Source: a plasmid
Direction: 5' to 3' (one strand)
Length of the DNA stretch: 64,000 nt
Sequence record: NZ_CP028351.1
The translations under genes and the position numbers were made by a program. Positions 40,258 through 52,593 of this stretch are shown here, piece after piece. Position 1 is the stretch's first letter. Each line of letters starts with the position of its first letter. The notes beneath the pieces are model-generated. The model did not search any database, was not told the DNA's origin, and was given only the letters and a program-made list of their open reading frames with translations.

Positions 40258-41262
40258 TTAGCCGCGCAGGCGCAACGTGGCGGGCAGCACCAGCTGGCTG
40301 TCTGCTGGATCATTTCCGGCGATCATCGTGGTCAGCATAGAAAAACAGGCCTGCGCGAGCGCCGGAACATTCTGCTCTACGGTGTCGACAGGAATCGAGA
40401 GTGAATCATAGAGATAGTGGTCATCAAAACTGGCGATGCGGATATCGCCGGTCAGCAGGTGATGCTCACTCATGTAGCGCAGTACCCCTTCCAGCAGGCC
40501 GCAGGCGGCAGTGAAAATTGCTTTAGGTGGACGCCCCAGCCGCTGACATAGTGCGGCAAACATCTCGTAACCGCTGCCGGGATGGTAGTTCCCCTGGATT
40601 ACCCACTCCGGCTGCAGCGTTACACCGGCCCGCGCCAGCCCCTCTCTGAATCCCGCCAGACGATCCTGAGTCGGAGAAAGATCGGACTGTCCGCCCATAA
40701 AGTAGATCTCCTCCGGACAGGCGCGCGCCAGCTTTTCAACCAGCTCAGCGGTGGGCGTCACGGAGTCGGTGATGACCCAGGGCAGCGTCGTGTTGTTCAT
40801 GTGGCGGTCAAACAGCAGCACCGGCAGCTGTTCGCTGAGGCTGACATAGTCGCTGTCAGTCAGCATACTGGAGGCAACAATCAGGCCGTCGACCTGACGC
40901 GCCACCAGATTGTTGACCACGACCCGTTCCTGACCGGCATTTTCGTCGGTACAGGCGATCAGCAACTGCAGACCCGCCGCACGGCAGAGATTTTCCAGCG
41001 CATGAGAGAAAGCTGCAAAACCGTGGTTGGTGATCTCCGGTACTACCAGCCCCAGCGTATGACTGCGGGCGTCGTGCAACATCCGCGCATGGATACTGGG
41101 CTGATAATGGTGTTCGCGGGCCAGCCTCAGCACCCGCTCACGCGTCTCCTTCGCGACCCTTAACTCTTCGCCACGGCCGTTGAGCACCAGGCTGGCAGTG
41201 GCTTTTGAAACCCCGGCCAGCCCGGCGATATCACTGATGGTAACGCGTTTTGTTTTTCTCAC
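40258..41262 (-). CDS. scrR: LacI-family sucrose operon repressor
   Basis: N-terminal [26 protein letters not shown]. It is the last gene of the scr cluster. Confidence 0.85.
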   Translation of the reverse strand: MRKTKRVTISDIAGLAGVSKATASLVLNGRGEELRVAKETRERVLRLAREHHYQPSIHARMLHDARSHTLGLVVPEITNHGFAAFSHALENLCRAAGLQLLIACTDENAGQERVVVNNLVARQVDGLIVASSMLTDSDYVSLSEQLPVLLFDRHMNNTTLPWVITDSVTPTAELVEKLARACPEEIYFMGGQSDLSPTQDRLAGFREGLARAGVTLQPEWVIQGNYHPGSGYEMFAALCQRLGRPPKAIFTAACGLLEGVLRYMSEHHLLTGDIRIASFDDHYLYDSLSIPVDTVEQNVPALAQACFSMLTTMIAGNDPADSQLVLPATLRLRG

Positions 41263-41291
41263 GGCAAGACATCGGTTAGGGAAACAAGGGC

Positions 41292-42701
41292 TTATTCTAC
41301 CATGCAGCGACGTAACGACCAGTAGCGCGCCTGCAGTTCTGCGCGCCCGCGCAGAGTCAGCAGCGCCGGCTGGTCCGGAAAATAGCGGCTGCTCATCACC
41401 CCTTCCCCGTCGTTGATGAAGATCTCAACGCTGGAGTGGTCACACAGAATCTGTAACCGGCGGGCTGCTCCGGTCCAGTAACGATACGTCCATTCACCCG
41501 AGATCAGGCTGCGACGGGCAAGCCGCAGTTCGTTGTGCTGCCACGTCAGGATCAGGGTATCGGCGAAATTGAGTTCGATGTTGCCCTGGCTCTCAAGCTC
41601 AAGCTCCAGCCGCTGGGCGGCAATCGGCGGCGCATCATCGGCGCGGCCCTGATAGTGCTGCTCGTGCTTGCGCAACGCCTGCAGTTCCGCGATGGGCTGC
41701 TGACAGAGCCGCCCGTTACGTGAGCTCAGCTCGCGCAGACAGGTCATCTGGTGGATCCAGCCCTGCGCCACGGTTGGCTGGGCCATCTCTTCACCGTCTG
41801 GCGTCCCCATCCAGCCCACCAGCAGCCGCCGGCCATCCGCGGTCAGCGTGGTTTGCGGAGCATAAAATTCAAAGCCGGCATCCATTTCGTTCAGCGGGCC
41901 GTGCTGGTATGCAGGCTGCTGATAATCCAGGTCGCCACTCAGCCAGGCACAGGCGTGACTGTTCAGAAAGCGCTTCTCTTCGGGCGCAACACCCTGCGGA
42001 CAGCAGATCAGATAGGTGCTGTCTCCGAGCGTGAACATGTCCGGGCACTCCCACATATAACCCGCGGCATCCAGCCCGCCCAGTCCGCTGCCCGCAATCT
42101 CGCCGGGATTCTGCCACTCCCGCAGATTGTCAGAACGCAGCAGCAGCACCCTGCCCTGCCGCTGCGTATTCTGCGCCGCCAGCACCATGTACCAGCGATC
42201 GTCGTGACGCCACACTTTGGGATCGCGAACGTGGCCGGTATACCCCTCCGGCACGGCGATGACCGGACCGAGCTTGTCAAAACCGCCCGCTCTGTTCTGC
42301 TGCGCCAGGCACTGCCACGCCGTGCGCGAGCCATCATCAAATTTTACGTTGCCGGTGTAGACCAGTGTCAGTACGCCGTTATCGTCGACCGCGCTGCCGG
42401 AGTAGCAGCCACTGCGGTCATACTCCTCATCCGGCATCAGCGCGATGGGCTGATGCTCCCAGTGCAGCAGATCGGCTGAGCGCCAGTGCCCCCAGCATTT
42501 ATGCTGATGCGCACAGCCCAGCGCGTTCCACTGGTAGAAGAGATGATAGTGACCGTCGAAATGGATGAAGCCGTTGGGATCGTTAAGCAGTCCGGTAACC
42601 GGTGCCAGATGCCAGCCGGGATAGTGGCTGTCGCTGAGCGCCTTTGACATCCCCTGCATCACCGCCTGCAGAATGGCGGCAAGACGTGTTGATGAGGCCA
42701 T
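41292..42701 (-). CDS. scrB: Sucrose-6-phosphate hydrolase (GH32 invertase)
   Basis: GH32 motifs NDPNG, RDP and EC are present. It is colinear with Klebsiella ScrB. Confidence 0.9.
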   Translation of the reverse strand: MASSTRLAAILQAVMQGMSKALSDSHYPGWHLAPVTGLLNDPNGFIHFDGHYHLFYQWNALGCAHQHKCWGHWRSADLLHWEHQPIALMPDEEYDRSGCYSGSAVDDNGVLTLVYTGNVKFDDGSRTAWQCLAQQNRAGGFDKLGPVIAVPEGYTGHVRDPKVWRHDDRWYMVLAAQNTQRQGRVLLLRSDNLREWQNPGEIAGSGLGGLDAAGYMWECPDMFTLGDSTYLICCPQGVAPEEKRFLNSHACAWLSGDLDYQQPAYQHGPLNEMDAGFEFYAPQTTLTADGRRLLVGWMGTPDGEEMAQPTVAQGWIHQMTCLRELSSRNGRLCQQPIAELQALRKHEQHYQGRADDAPPIAAQRLELELESQGNIELNFADTLILTWQHNELRLARRSLISGEWTYRYWTGAARRLQILCDHSSVEIFINDGEGVMSSRYFPDQPALLTLRGRAELQARYWSLRRCMVE

Positions 42702-44071
42702 TATTCAGAGTCCGTTTTGTATTTGAGCAGATAAGAGATCACAAACGCGGTGGTGAACGCGATGGCGACGCCGATGACATAATTGAGCAGAGAACCCGCC
42801 TTAACAATCGCCATGCCCGGCAGACCGGTCAGCCCGACCGCCGTCATATAGACATGGACCGATACCACCCAGGCACCGCCCAGCGCGCCGCCCACCAGAC
42901 CCGCGATAAAGGGTTTCATAAACCGCAGGTTGATACCAAAGATAGCCGCCTCGGTGATCCCCAGCAGTGCTGAAAACGCCGAGGGCAGCGAAATTGCTTT
43001 GATCTTCGCATCGCGGGTTTTAAACCACACCGCCAGACAGGCCCCGCCCTGAGCAACGTTCGCCATCGCCCAGATAGGCAGCAGAAAGTTAACCCCGATA
43101 GACGGGTTACCCAGCAGTCCCGCCTCAATCGCATGGAAGCTGTGATGCACGCCGGTAATAACAATCACCGAGTAGAGCCCGCCAAATACCAGTCCCGCCA
43201 GCCAGCCAGCGTGAGCAATCAGGGTGCTGAGCACAAAAGAGATCCCATCGCCCAGCATACGGCCCGCCGGACCGATAATCAGCAGCGCAATGAAGCCTGA
43301 GATAATCACCGTCAGGAACGGGGTCAGAATAAGATCGAGCGCATCCGGGATCACCCGACGCAGCTGCTTTTCCAGCATGCTCATAAACCATACCGCCAGC
43401 AGCACCGGGAATACCGTACCCTGATAGCCAATCATCGCCACTTCAATGCCGAAGAAGTTCATGGTGTGGAAACCGGCGGCGACGCCCCAGGCGTTGGTCA
43501 GCGCCGGGTGCGTCAGAATGCCGCCCAGCGTCGCGCCCAGAAATGGGTTGCCGCCAAACTCGCGTGCTGCCGTAAAACCAATCAGGATCGGCAGGATAAT
43601 AAAGGCCGCTGAGCTGCACATATCCAGCATGATGTAGAGCGCATTTTCCGGATTGACCCAGCCGTAGGTTTTAACCATCCCCAGCAGGCCCATCAACAGA
43701 CCCGACGCCACAATAGCCGGAATGATCGGCACAAAAATGTTCGACAGCAGACGAGCGATACGCTGGAAAGGATTGAGCTTGCGGGCGGCAATATCAGCAG
43801 CCTCAGACTTGCTCGATTCGCTAATGCCAGCTTCGGCGATAAAGGCAGCGTAGACCTTATTTACCACACCGGTACCGAAGATAACCTGAAGCTGTCCGGC
43901 GTTGCGGAAGCAGCCTTTAACGCCCTCAATCCGGCCAATCGCGGTGGTGTCCGCTTTTTCATCATCTGCCAGCACCAGCCGTAGCCGCGTCGCACAGTGA
44001 GCCGCACTGGCAATGTTCTCTTTGCCACCCAGCAGGGGCAGCAGGGCCCGCGATATTTTTACATAGTCCAT
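42701..44071 (-). CDS. scrA: PTS sucrose-specific EIIBC component
   Basis: N-terminal EIIB Cys motif (AAHCATRLRL) followed by a polytopic EIIC domain. Confidence 0.9.
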   Translation of the reverse strand: MDYVKISRALLPLLGGKENIASAAHCATRLRLVLADDEKADTTAIGRIEGVKGCFRNAGQLQVIFGTGVVNKVYAAFIAEAGISESSKSEAADIAARKLNPFQRIARLLSNIFVPIIPAIVASGLLMGLLGMVKTYGWVNPENALYIMLDMCSSAAFIILPILIGFTAAREFGGNPFLGATLGGILTHPALTNAWGVAAGFHTMNFFGIEVAMIGYQGTVFPVLLAVWFMSMLEKQLRRVIPDALDLILTPFLTVIISGFIALLIIGPAGRMLGDGISFVLSTLIAHAGWLAGLVFGGLYSVIVITGVHHSFHAIEAGLLGNPSIGVNFLLPIWAMANVAQGGACLAVWFKTRDAKIKAISLPSAFSALLGITEAAIFGINLRFMKPFIAGLVGGALGGAWVVSVHVYMTAVGLTGLPGMAIVKAGSLLNYVIGVAIAFTTAFVISYLLKYKTDSE

Positions 44072-44138
44072 ACATACCTCACTCTTGTTATGTTTTTATC
44101 CGCGTGACGTTCAGGCCCCGGCAGCCGGGGCCGCCCGA

Positions 44139-45719
<1,581 letters not shown>

Positions 45720-45735
45720 CTAAACCGGTTTAGGT
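45720..45735. promoter_or_regulatory. Putative ScrR operator 1 (16-bp palindrome GCTAAACCGGTTTAGG) in the scrK-scrY intergenic region
   Basis: A near-perfect palindrome of the LacI-family type. Two further copies occur at 45779..45794 (GCTAAACCGGTTTAGT) and at 46779..46794 (GCTAAACCGTTTTAGC) upstream of scrK. Confidence 0.5.
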
Positions 45736-45834
45736 GCAAATCATAGCCATGGGTAATTTCCCTCTGCAATGAAAATAGCTAAACCGGTTTAGTGATTGTG
45801 AGATAGCTCCCAAAACAGGGGCATTACAGGATGA

Positions 45835-46761
45835 TTAGCCGGCCAGATCGTCCAGCTGGTGGCGCCAGGGAAGTGCTGTCATGGCTCCTTTCGCCGTGGT
45901 TGCAAGTGCGCCACAGCGCTGCGCAGTCACCAGATAGCTGGCAAGTTGTGATTCGTTTACAGGCAGACCCGACTTCGCCAGCTCCCAGAGTAATCCGGCT
46001 ACAAAGGCATCACCTGCACCGGTAGTATCGACGCTGTCAACGGGCGTGGTGGCATGGTGGGTTATCTGGCCCTGATAACAGGCCATCACCCCTTCCCTGC
46101 CCCGCGTCACCAGTAACAGGCGAATGCTGAATTTGGCGGCCAGTTGAGGCATGCTGACAGCTGCTTCCTGACCCGGACTAAGAAAATCGAGCTCTTCGTC
46201 AGAGAGTTTCACCACGTCCGTATGACTGAGGGCTTCGTTCACCACCGCATGGAGGAGTACCGTGTCGGGCCAGAGATCTTCCCGCAGATTTAAATCGAAG
46301 CTGACATGGCCGCCTGCCGCGCGGATTTGTTTCATGGCGGTCAGCGTCGCCGTACGAGAGGGTTCCGCCGCTAAGGCAATGGAACAGCAGTGCAGCCATT
46401 CCCTGCGATGAAACTCGGGCAGATCTGACGGTTCAAGAAACAGGTCGGCACTGGGCCGAACCATAAAGGTAAAGGAGCGCTCGCCCTGCTCATCCAGCCC
46501 GACCACCACGGTTGATGTGCGATGCTGTGAATCGGCAATCATGCAGGCCGTATCAACATTTTCTTCACTGAGCGTCTGCCGCATAAACTCACCAAACGGA
46601 TCGGCACCCACCCGTCCGATAAAACCGCTGTTTCCCTGCAGGCGGGCAATGCCAACGGCGACATTAGCGGGTGCTCCGCCCGGACACTGCATCAGGCTAC
46701 CCGGCATTTCGGGTAGCAAATCGACCACGGCATCCCCGAGGCACCATACGCGAACAGACAT
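45835..46761 (-). CDS. scrK: Fructokinase (PfkB family)
   Basis: PfkB motifs GGAPANVA near the N-terminus and DTTGAGDAF near the C-terminus. It is the first gene of the scr cluster. Confidence 0.85.
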   Translation of the reverse strand: MSVRVWCLGDAVVDLLPEMPGSLMQCPGGAPANVAVGIARLQGNSGFIGRVGADPFGEFMRQTLSEENVDTACMIADSQHRTSTVVVGLDEQGERSFTFMVRPSADLFLEPSDLPEFHRREWLHCCSIALAAEPSRTATLTAMKQIRAAGGHVSFDLNLREDLWPDTVLLHAVVNEALSHTDVVKLSDEELDFLSPGQEAAVSMPQLAAKFSIRLLLVTRGREGVMACYQGQITHHATTPVDSVDTTGAGDAFVAGLLWELAKSGLPVNESQLASYLVTAQRCGALATTAKGAMTALPWRHQLDDLAG

Positions 46762-46892
46762 AAAAAACTCCTCTGATTAAACCTGAAAGCTAAACCGTTT
46801 TAGCTATAACGCTAAATGGCGTCAGGTTCAAGCGTTAACATGTTTAAGTGATATGTGATTAGCAGAGGAGTTTTATGATTAGAGAGCAGGAA

Positions 46893-46918
46893 TAAAAAAA
46901 CCGGCGCAGCGGCCGGTT
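46893..46918 (-). terminator. Rho-independent terminator after parB
   Basis: GC-rich hairpin CCGGCGCAGCGGCCGG. The minus-strand RNA is followed by UUUUUUUAUU. Confidence 0.5.
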
Positions 46919-46944
46919 CCATTGTCAGTAATGTGTGATGAAGA

Positions 46945-47916
46945 TTATTTAAGCGTAGAGAGTATCTGTCTGATCGACGCATCAATCTGTTCAGCAATCT
47001 CTTTCGGCAGACGACTGAATTCATACTGCACGGTGCGCTTCTCATCATTGGTTTTACGACGCGCATAGGTATTGGCCGTAGTAAACGTTGCCAGCTTTTC
47101 CGTCACCGTTTTACTGACCGGTGCAGGTTTTTTTAACTGACGACGCGCGCTTTTGAAGCCATTCAGGATTGCGCTCTTCTTCTCGTCTGCATTAGCGTTT
47201 TGCAGTGCATCATCTGCCTCCAGCTTTTGCTGAATTTCGCTGACCAGTCCGGCGACATCAATCGCTTCCGCTTTCGCCTCCTCCCAGACATCAAGCAGCA
47301 ACTGATAATCCTGAAGGGTCAGCTCAGAAACGACCGGGAAGAGTTCGATAAACTCAGCGGGTACGGATGCGGCCTGAAATGCACGGGAGACCTTAGCATT
47401 TGAGATACCTTCCGCTTTAGCAATGTCTGATTTGCTCATGCCACTTTCATTCATCAGCATAAAGCGCAGCCCTAATTCACGCAGGTTATGCTCTTTCGCC
47501 GTCTGAATATCAGCAGCGAGCTGACGCGCATCGCTAAGGCTCAGTTCATCCGCGGTGACCAGCACTTCCAGACTGGCCCCGGAAAGAATACAGGCAGCGC
47601 GACGGCGCGAGCCATCCATGATCTCAATTCGGTCACCGTTCACGCGACCTATGGCCGGGAAAAATTGCTGCAGTGTAATCGTACGCGTGATTTCCTGCAG
47701 CGATTCAGGCGTCAGCGTGCTCTGATCACGTCCATTGATTTTCGGGTCAACGCTGGTTCGGGTTTCAATATCGTCATGCAGGATCAGCTGGCGTACAAAG
47801 GTCGCCTTCGCACCTGACTTCAGCGTAAAAGTGCGCGACTGGCTGCTGCTGTCGATCATGTTCGCAATAGCAGAATCGCCGAACTTGCGGCCAATGCGCT
47901 GTATCGGTTTGCTCAC
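46945..47916 (-). CDS. parB: ParB/SopB-type plasmid partition protein
   Basis: ParB box (RIEIMDGSRRRAA) and an HTH (SKSDIAKAEGISNAKVSRA). It overlaps the parA stop by 4 nt. Confidence 0.85.
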   Translation of the reverse strand: MSKPIQRIGRKFGDSAIANMIDSSSQSRTFTLKSGAKATFVRQLILHDDIETRTSVDPKINGRDQSTLTPESLQEITRTITLQQFFPAIGRVNGDRIEIMDGSRRRAACILSGASLEVLVTADELSLSDARQLAADIQTAKEHNLRELGLRFMLMNESGMSKSDIAKAEGISNAKVSRAFQAASVPAEFIELFPVVSELTLQDYQLLLDVWEEAKAEAIDVAGLVSEIQQKLEADDALQNANADEKKSAILNGFKSARRQLKKPAPVSKTVTEKLATFTTANTYARRKTNDEKRTVQYEFSRLPKEIAEQIDASIRQILSTLK

Positions 47917-49115
47917 AGGGTACTCCTGATATATTCGATGCGATCAAACACAGCCCTTGAGAACTGCTCGGCTTCATATTTGGCTTTTCGCAGGGCGTCT
48001 GCACTGCCCGGATAGGAAGCTGGGTTGGCACTGATCACCGTGTCAAAGGATTCGCCACAACGCTCAAATCCATCAAGACGCGGTAAGCCGCAGTCCAGCA
48101 TCGATTTGGTAAATACCTCACGGGCATAACTTTGTGACGTCAGGTGATCATGCTTGGAGGTCATTTTAGACATAAAGCCAATATTAGCTTTGAGCCGCGG
48201 TTCGATACCTTCAGCCTCAATACGCTCCAGCATTTCTGGCAGGCGCGTCAGGTACTTCATGGTGGAGTGGAAATCGACCTGTGCCGGCGGCGTCGGTGTC
48301 AGCAGCACATCGCTGGCCGCGATCGCATTCAGCATAAAGGAATCAAGATGAGGGCCGGTATCAAGGAAGATAAAATCGTAGTCACCTGCCAGACGGTCGA
48401 TCACATTACGGCGAAGGACTTCTGAGGGGGCAACGCCGGGCAGATGTTCAGCAACCAGTTCTTCCCAGTCGCTGGCAACGAAGCCATCGTCGATTGAGGC
48501 CGGGATAACGTCAACGCCGGGCATGACGGTAGGTTTAATAAACTGCTCGCGAAGCTGGTCTGCATCCAGATCGTTGAGCATAGCCTGCGCTGCTGTTTCC
48601 AGTACAGAACCGACACTGTTGGTATGGCTCAGGAACATCGTGCTTGACGCCTGGGGATCCAGGTCAATAACCAGTATGCGCAGGTCATTGTGCAGCATTG
48701 AAGGATGGGCGCGCATACCGTGAGCCAGCGTCACGGTGCTGACGGTTTTAGAGACACCGCCTTTAAGGCTGACAACAAACACGACAAATGGGCCATCATG
48801 CCGATCGCGATATTTTGGTACTTTACGATGCTGATAAATGTCGACGACGTTCTGAAGGGTCAGGGCATATTGCGATGTACTGCCAGTTTGCTTTTTACCA
48901 AACTGGTATCCTGCTGCTTCCATATCACTAATTGCAGCGACGACAGCGTGCTTACTCAGCAGTGGCATATTAGCAACAGCATTGCGGGAGAAAGTCTGGT
49001 AAAAACCTGTCTGGTTAAATTCCTGACGCTGCTGCTCAATGTGGTCACTGAGTCCATGTAACATGGAGTTGGCACGTGTTGCCATCTCCAGCACTCCACC
49101 ATAATCGCGCTTCAT
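47913..49115 (-). CDS. parA: ParA/SopA type Ia partition ATPase (400 aa, N-terminal HTH extension)
   Basis: Deviant Walker A motif VVSLKGGVSKTVSTVTLAHG. The length and N-terminal domain are typical of type Ia. An RBS AGAGGGG is present. Confidence 0.85.
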   Translation of the reverse strand: MKRDYGGVLEMATRANSMLHGLSDHIEQQRQEFNQTGFYQTFSRNAVANMPLLSKHAVVAAISDMEAAGYQFGKKQTGSTSQYALTLQNVVDIYQHRKVPKYRDRHDGPFVVFVVSLKGGVSKTVSTVTLAHGMRAHPSMLHNDLRILVIDLDPQASSTMFLSHTNSVGSVLETAAQAMLNDLDADQLREQFIKPTVMPGVDVIPASIDDGFVASDWEELVAEHLPGVAPSEVLRRNVIDRLAGDYDFIFLDTGPHLDSFMLNAIAASDVLLTPTPPAQVDFHSTMKYLTRLPEMLERIEAEGIEPRLKANIGFMSKMTSKHDHLTSQSYAREVFTKSMLDCGLPRLDGFERCGESFDTVISANPASYPGSADALRKAKYEAEQFSRAVFDRIEYIRSTL

Positions 49116-50880
49116 AAGCCCCTCTGCGTTAATGTTTTTTGCATACTACACAAAAAGCGCATACCTGCCAATTTTTTAGGGAAATGCCAAAAACCTGGAT
49201 TTTTTGTCTCAGGTGGTGGAATGGTTTTCGGAAATTTATGGTCAGCTGTAAAAGAGGATCTCTTGAGCTCTGTGGCCGCAGTCCATTCAGTTTGAGTATA
49301 TTGAACAGGCATCAGAGAGGAGTGTGATAATGGATGGCGGATGTTAGTGCCCGATATTCGTTTTAATTCTGTAATGGCAGAAATGTCCAGTCGGCAATCG
49401 TGGCCCTTGTTTCAGTTGCTGATCATGGTATTTTCATCATGAAAATTTTCTATATATCCATTTATATCAATATCTTACGAGAATATTTGCTTGGTGAAAA
49501 TCTGCAGCGAAAATGGGTTTTTATAAAGTATTCTTTTAACTATAAATAGTGGCTTAACGTTAGTGGAAAGTCTAAGTGGTCACCCTGGCAGTACTCTCTT
49601 TTTGATAATAAAACCTTGCTCCCTCAAAAGAACAGATATCAGCCTTATACATTACCAAACTAACCTTTTCTGACTTTTAAGATCATCGCAATCGAAATCG
49701 AAGAATTTCTTTTCTGGCCCGGAGCCGATCTGTCAGCAATGTAAGCTTTGCTAAGAGCCAGGCGTAGACATGACTTCTTCGAGAAAGTCTATAAAGGCAA
49801 AGCTATAGGATGCGATGCTTTACTCACTTTCTTAATAAATCTGCAAAAGAGAGGAAATGTATCGAGCCAGGCTGAAACCCTATACATCAACTATCGGGCT
49901 GTGAACTTCTACACGAAAAATGGTTATATGCGTATTGGAGTTACAGCTCCTGTATAGGCAGGACAGAATCTGTCTGTTCCTCTAAGAAATGGTGCTGGTC
50001 GTAAGCTTGTCAGAAATTCATATCCTCTTATAACTTTCAATTACGATTTGTTTATAGTCTGTGTGGATGCTTCTCACAGAGTCCTGCAGCATTTGTCACT
50101 GCATCTGACAGAGATTCTATTCTTATCGCTGACTGACTTTGATCCCCATAAAGATGTTTTATTTATAGTGTTAGCTTTAGCGGTTTCATGAATACTGTGA
50201 TGAAACATTGAGATCTGTGAATAGGGCAGGGGATTGAGAGTAACAGGCCAGATAGTAATAACCAGTAACATGCCGCATAAGCAGCAAAAGGAAATCCGCA
50301 TAATTTAAACATCGTCTGTTAGGTAAGTGTACGGGTATGACAACCAACTTTCTTTTTCCCTCGTGATAAACGATCGTATGCAGTTACCTGATGATGAGAC
50401 TATGCATAACAAATTTCTTTATGAGCTGGATTTATCAGGTTGGGGAAAAGTATCAATTGCTACGCTACCTTATCGCTGTCTGAATTCATTCAGGAGCCAG
50501 TTGGACTTAATGAGTCCATCTTCAACCTCTTGAAACGTTATTTCTGAGATCATAAGCAGGGTGTTTTCACTATGAAAATATGTAAAAATTACTTTTTTAT
50601 CAGATACATAAATCATTAAATTCATGGTGAAAATCTGTTCTTTACTCATGAACGTTTATTTGAAGAGCCTGGAGATATTCACTCTGGGCTTAAAACCTTA
50701 ATCTCTTTATGGTTATTGGCACATACCCGATTAAATGCTTTGCCTTGTCAGCAACAGATTGCTCCACACCTAATAACTCGCTCAGAACCTGCTTATAGAA
50801 TTCTTAATCTCGTATCTGCAGTTGAAAACCCGTTTGATCTCAGATTTGGTTATTGCTGAATCGTGTCTGTTTTATCCCCG

Positions 50881-50944
50881 TTATTCACAGGCCAGATCCA
50901 ATTGGTCGATCCTCAATAGATCAAATTGAGATCCTTAACAGATC
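50881..50944 (+). promoter_or_regulatory. Origin element copy 1: DnaA box TTATTCACA (50881..50889) plus five GATC sites (CAGATCC heptamers) in 50 bp
   Basis: The box matches TTWTNCACA. GATC sites start at 50895, 50908, 50919, 50930 and 50941. The layout resembles the P1 oriR type. Confidence 0.5.
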
Positions 50945-50994
50945 CCAACAGGCTTTGAAGCCACGCAGCACAAGGTCTGAAAGGGTGTTGGTAT

Positions 50995-51094
50995 CCACTG
51001 TAGCGAGAAGAACAACCACTGCAGAGAGCACAATAACCACTATAGCGAGTAAAGCAACCGCGCTGGCGAGTACTCAACAACCACTGTAGCGAGT
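50995..51094 (+). repeat. Iteron set 1: five direct repeats (CCACTRTAGCGAGt, 21-23 bp period)
   Basis: Repeat starts at 50995, 51016, 51037, 51058 and 51081. Confidence 0.8.
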
Positions 51095-51219
51095 AGATAA
51101 CACTTTTTCATGTGCATAACCCTCGATTGAGCACACCCGCTGCAGTTTTAGAGTCTTTGGCAAGGAAACAGGATAAAAACGGAGATTCTGATTAACCGGG
51201 GGCAGGCTTTTTTAACGGG

Positions 51220-51292
51220 TTATCCACCGAGCAGATCCAATAACAGATCCACATAAGATCCTTTTTAAGTTCCTTAAAGATCCCCGTGCCGC
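51220..51292 (+). promoter_or_regulatory. Origin element copy 2: DnaA-like box TTATCCACC (51220..51228) plus four GATC heptamers
   Basis: The box matches 8 of 9 consensus positions. GATC sites start at 51234, 51246, 51257 and 51289. Confidence 0.4.
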
Positions 51293-51332
51293 CTCAGCCC
51301 CTGGTATCACTGCGATAAAGAAGGTTAGCTAA

Positions 51333-51436
51333 CCACTGTAGCGAGTAAAACAACCACTGTATCGAGATAAATAACCACTATGGCAAGTAGATTAACCGCT
51401 ATAGTGAGTGCTAGTATCCACTGTATTGAGTAACAG
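51333..51436 (+). repeat. Iteron set 2: five direct repeats (21-22 bp period) immediately upstream of repA
   Basis: Repeat starts at 51333, 51354, 51375, 51396 and 51418. The repeat is the same family as set 1. Confidence 0.8.
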
Positions 51437-51470
51437 CGGCTCTCGCCTGTTCACATTACGGATCTTCCTA

Positions 51471-52544
51471 ATGCCAAGAAAAGAACCAGATATCCTGAAC
51501 ATAGCTGATGCGTTTAGCGAAACAGACAAGCGTACAGGCGAAGTTGTTACTCTAACGCCCAACAGTAATAACACCGTGCAGCCAGTCGCGTTGATGCGTC
51601 TCGGCTTGTTTGTTCCAACGCTGAAATCCACAGCGCGCAGTCAGAAAAACCAGATGAATGCGATGGATGTGACTCAGGATCTGAAACAGTTATCTCTGGT
51701 CAGATCGGAAGGGTATGACAACATCAAGATTCTGGGTGCCCGGCTGGATATGGATAATGATTTTAAGACCTGGGTTGGGATCATTCGCGCATTCGCCACG
51801 CATGAGTGTCTGGGAGACACGGTAACGCTCTCGTTCGTAGAATTTGCAAAACTCTGCGGCATACCTTCTGCGCGCCTCTCATCGAAGCTCAGGAGCCGTC
51901 TGGACGCTTCGCTGACGCGGATTGCGTCTAATACCCTGACTTTTACCAGCAAGGGCGGAGAGAACTACACAACGCATCTGGTGCAGTCCGCCAAATACAG
52001 CGTCAAAAAGGACACGGTGACCTTACAGGCCGATCCCAAAATCTTTGAGCTATATCAGTTCGACAGAAAGGTTCTGCTGCAGCTTAAGGCTATTAACGAG
52101 CTGGCACGCAAAGAATCCGCTCAGGCGCTTTATACGTTCATTGAAAGCCTTCCGCCTAAACCTGCACCAATATCCATGGCACGCCTGCGTGCAAGGCTTA
52201 ACCTTACGTCGCGCGTGATCACCCAGAATGCGACAGTCAGGAAAGCGATGGAGCAGTTAAAAGAGATTGGTTATCTCGATTATACCGAGACCCGCCGCGG
52301 CTCTTCCGTGTACTTCTGGGTCCATTATCGTCACCCCAAACTGCGCCCGGCCGAACTGCCGCTCAGCAAGGCAGACCTGATCGATGATGAGATGGACGAG
52401 TTTGACGATATGGACAACGATCTCACTATTATTGATGTCAATCTGCCTGAACCGGTGGGTGAAGATGAAAGCAGTGAACTTGTCATGGTATCGCGTGAGG
52501 AAAAAGAGTTACTGAATAAAATCAGGAAACAGAAAAAGCGTTAG
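51471..52544 (+). CDS. repA: RepFIB/P1-type plasmid replication initiator RepA
   Basis: [53 protein letters not shown]... is colinear with RepFIB RepA ([70 protein letters not shown]). The start is at 51471; the ORF track begins upstream inside the iterons. Confidence 0.9.
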   Translation: MPRKEPDILNIADAFSETDKRTGEVVTLTPNSNNTVQPVALMRLGLFVPTLKSTARSQKNQMNAMDVTQDLKQLSLVRSEGYDNIKILGARLDMDNDFKTWVGIIRAFATHECLGDTVTLSFVEFAKLCGIPSARLSSKLRSRLDASLTRIASNTLTFTSKGGENYTTHLVQSAKYSVKKDTVTLQADPKIFELYQFDRKVLLQLKAINELARKESAQALYTFIESLPPKPAPISMARLRARLNLTSRVITQNATVRKAMEQLKEIGYLDYTETRRGSSVYFWVHYRHPKLRPAELPLSKADLIDDEMDEFDDMDNDLTIIDVNLPEPVGEDESSELVMVSREEKELLNKIRKQKKR

Positions 52545-52593
52545 AGGCCTGTTCACCACACAGTTCATGGCTGACCCATCCTGCAGCCTGCTA

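Noticed and set aside
41751-42479. 242-aa plus-strand ORF
   Set aside because: It is antisense inside scrB and has no recognisable domain.
46762-46944. Possible parS/sopC centromere downstream of parB
   Set aside because: The flank is only 183 bp. It holds the parB terminator plus the scrK promoter and operator. No 43-bp or heptad repeat array is visible, so no centromere can be supported here.
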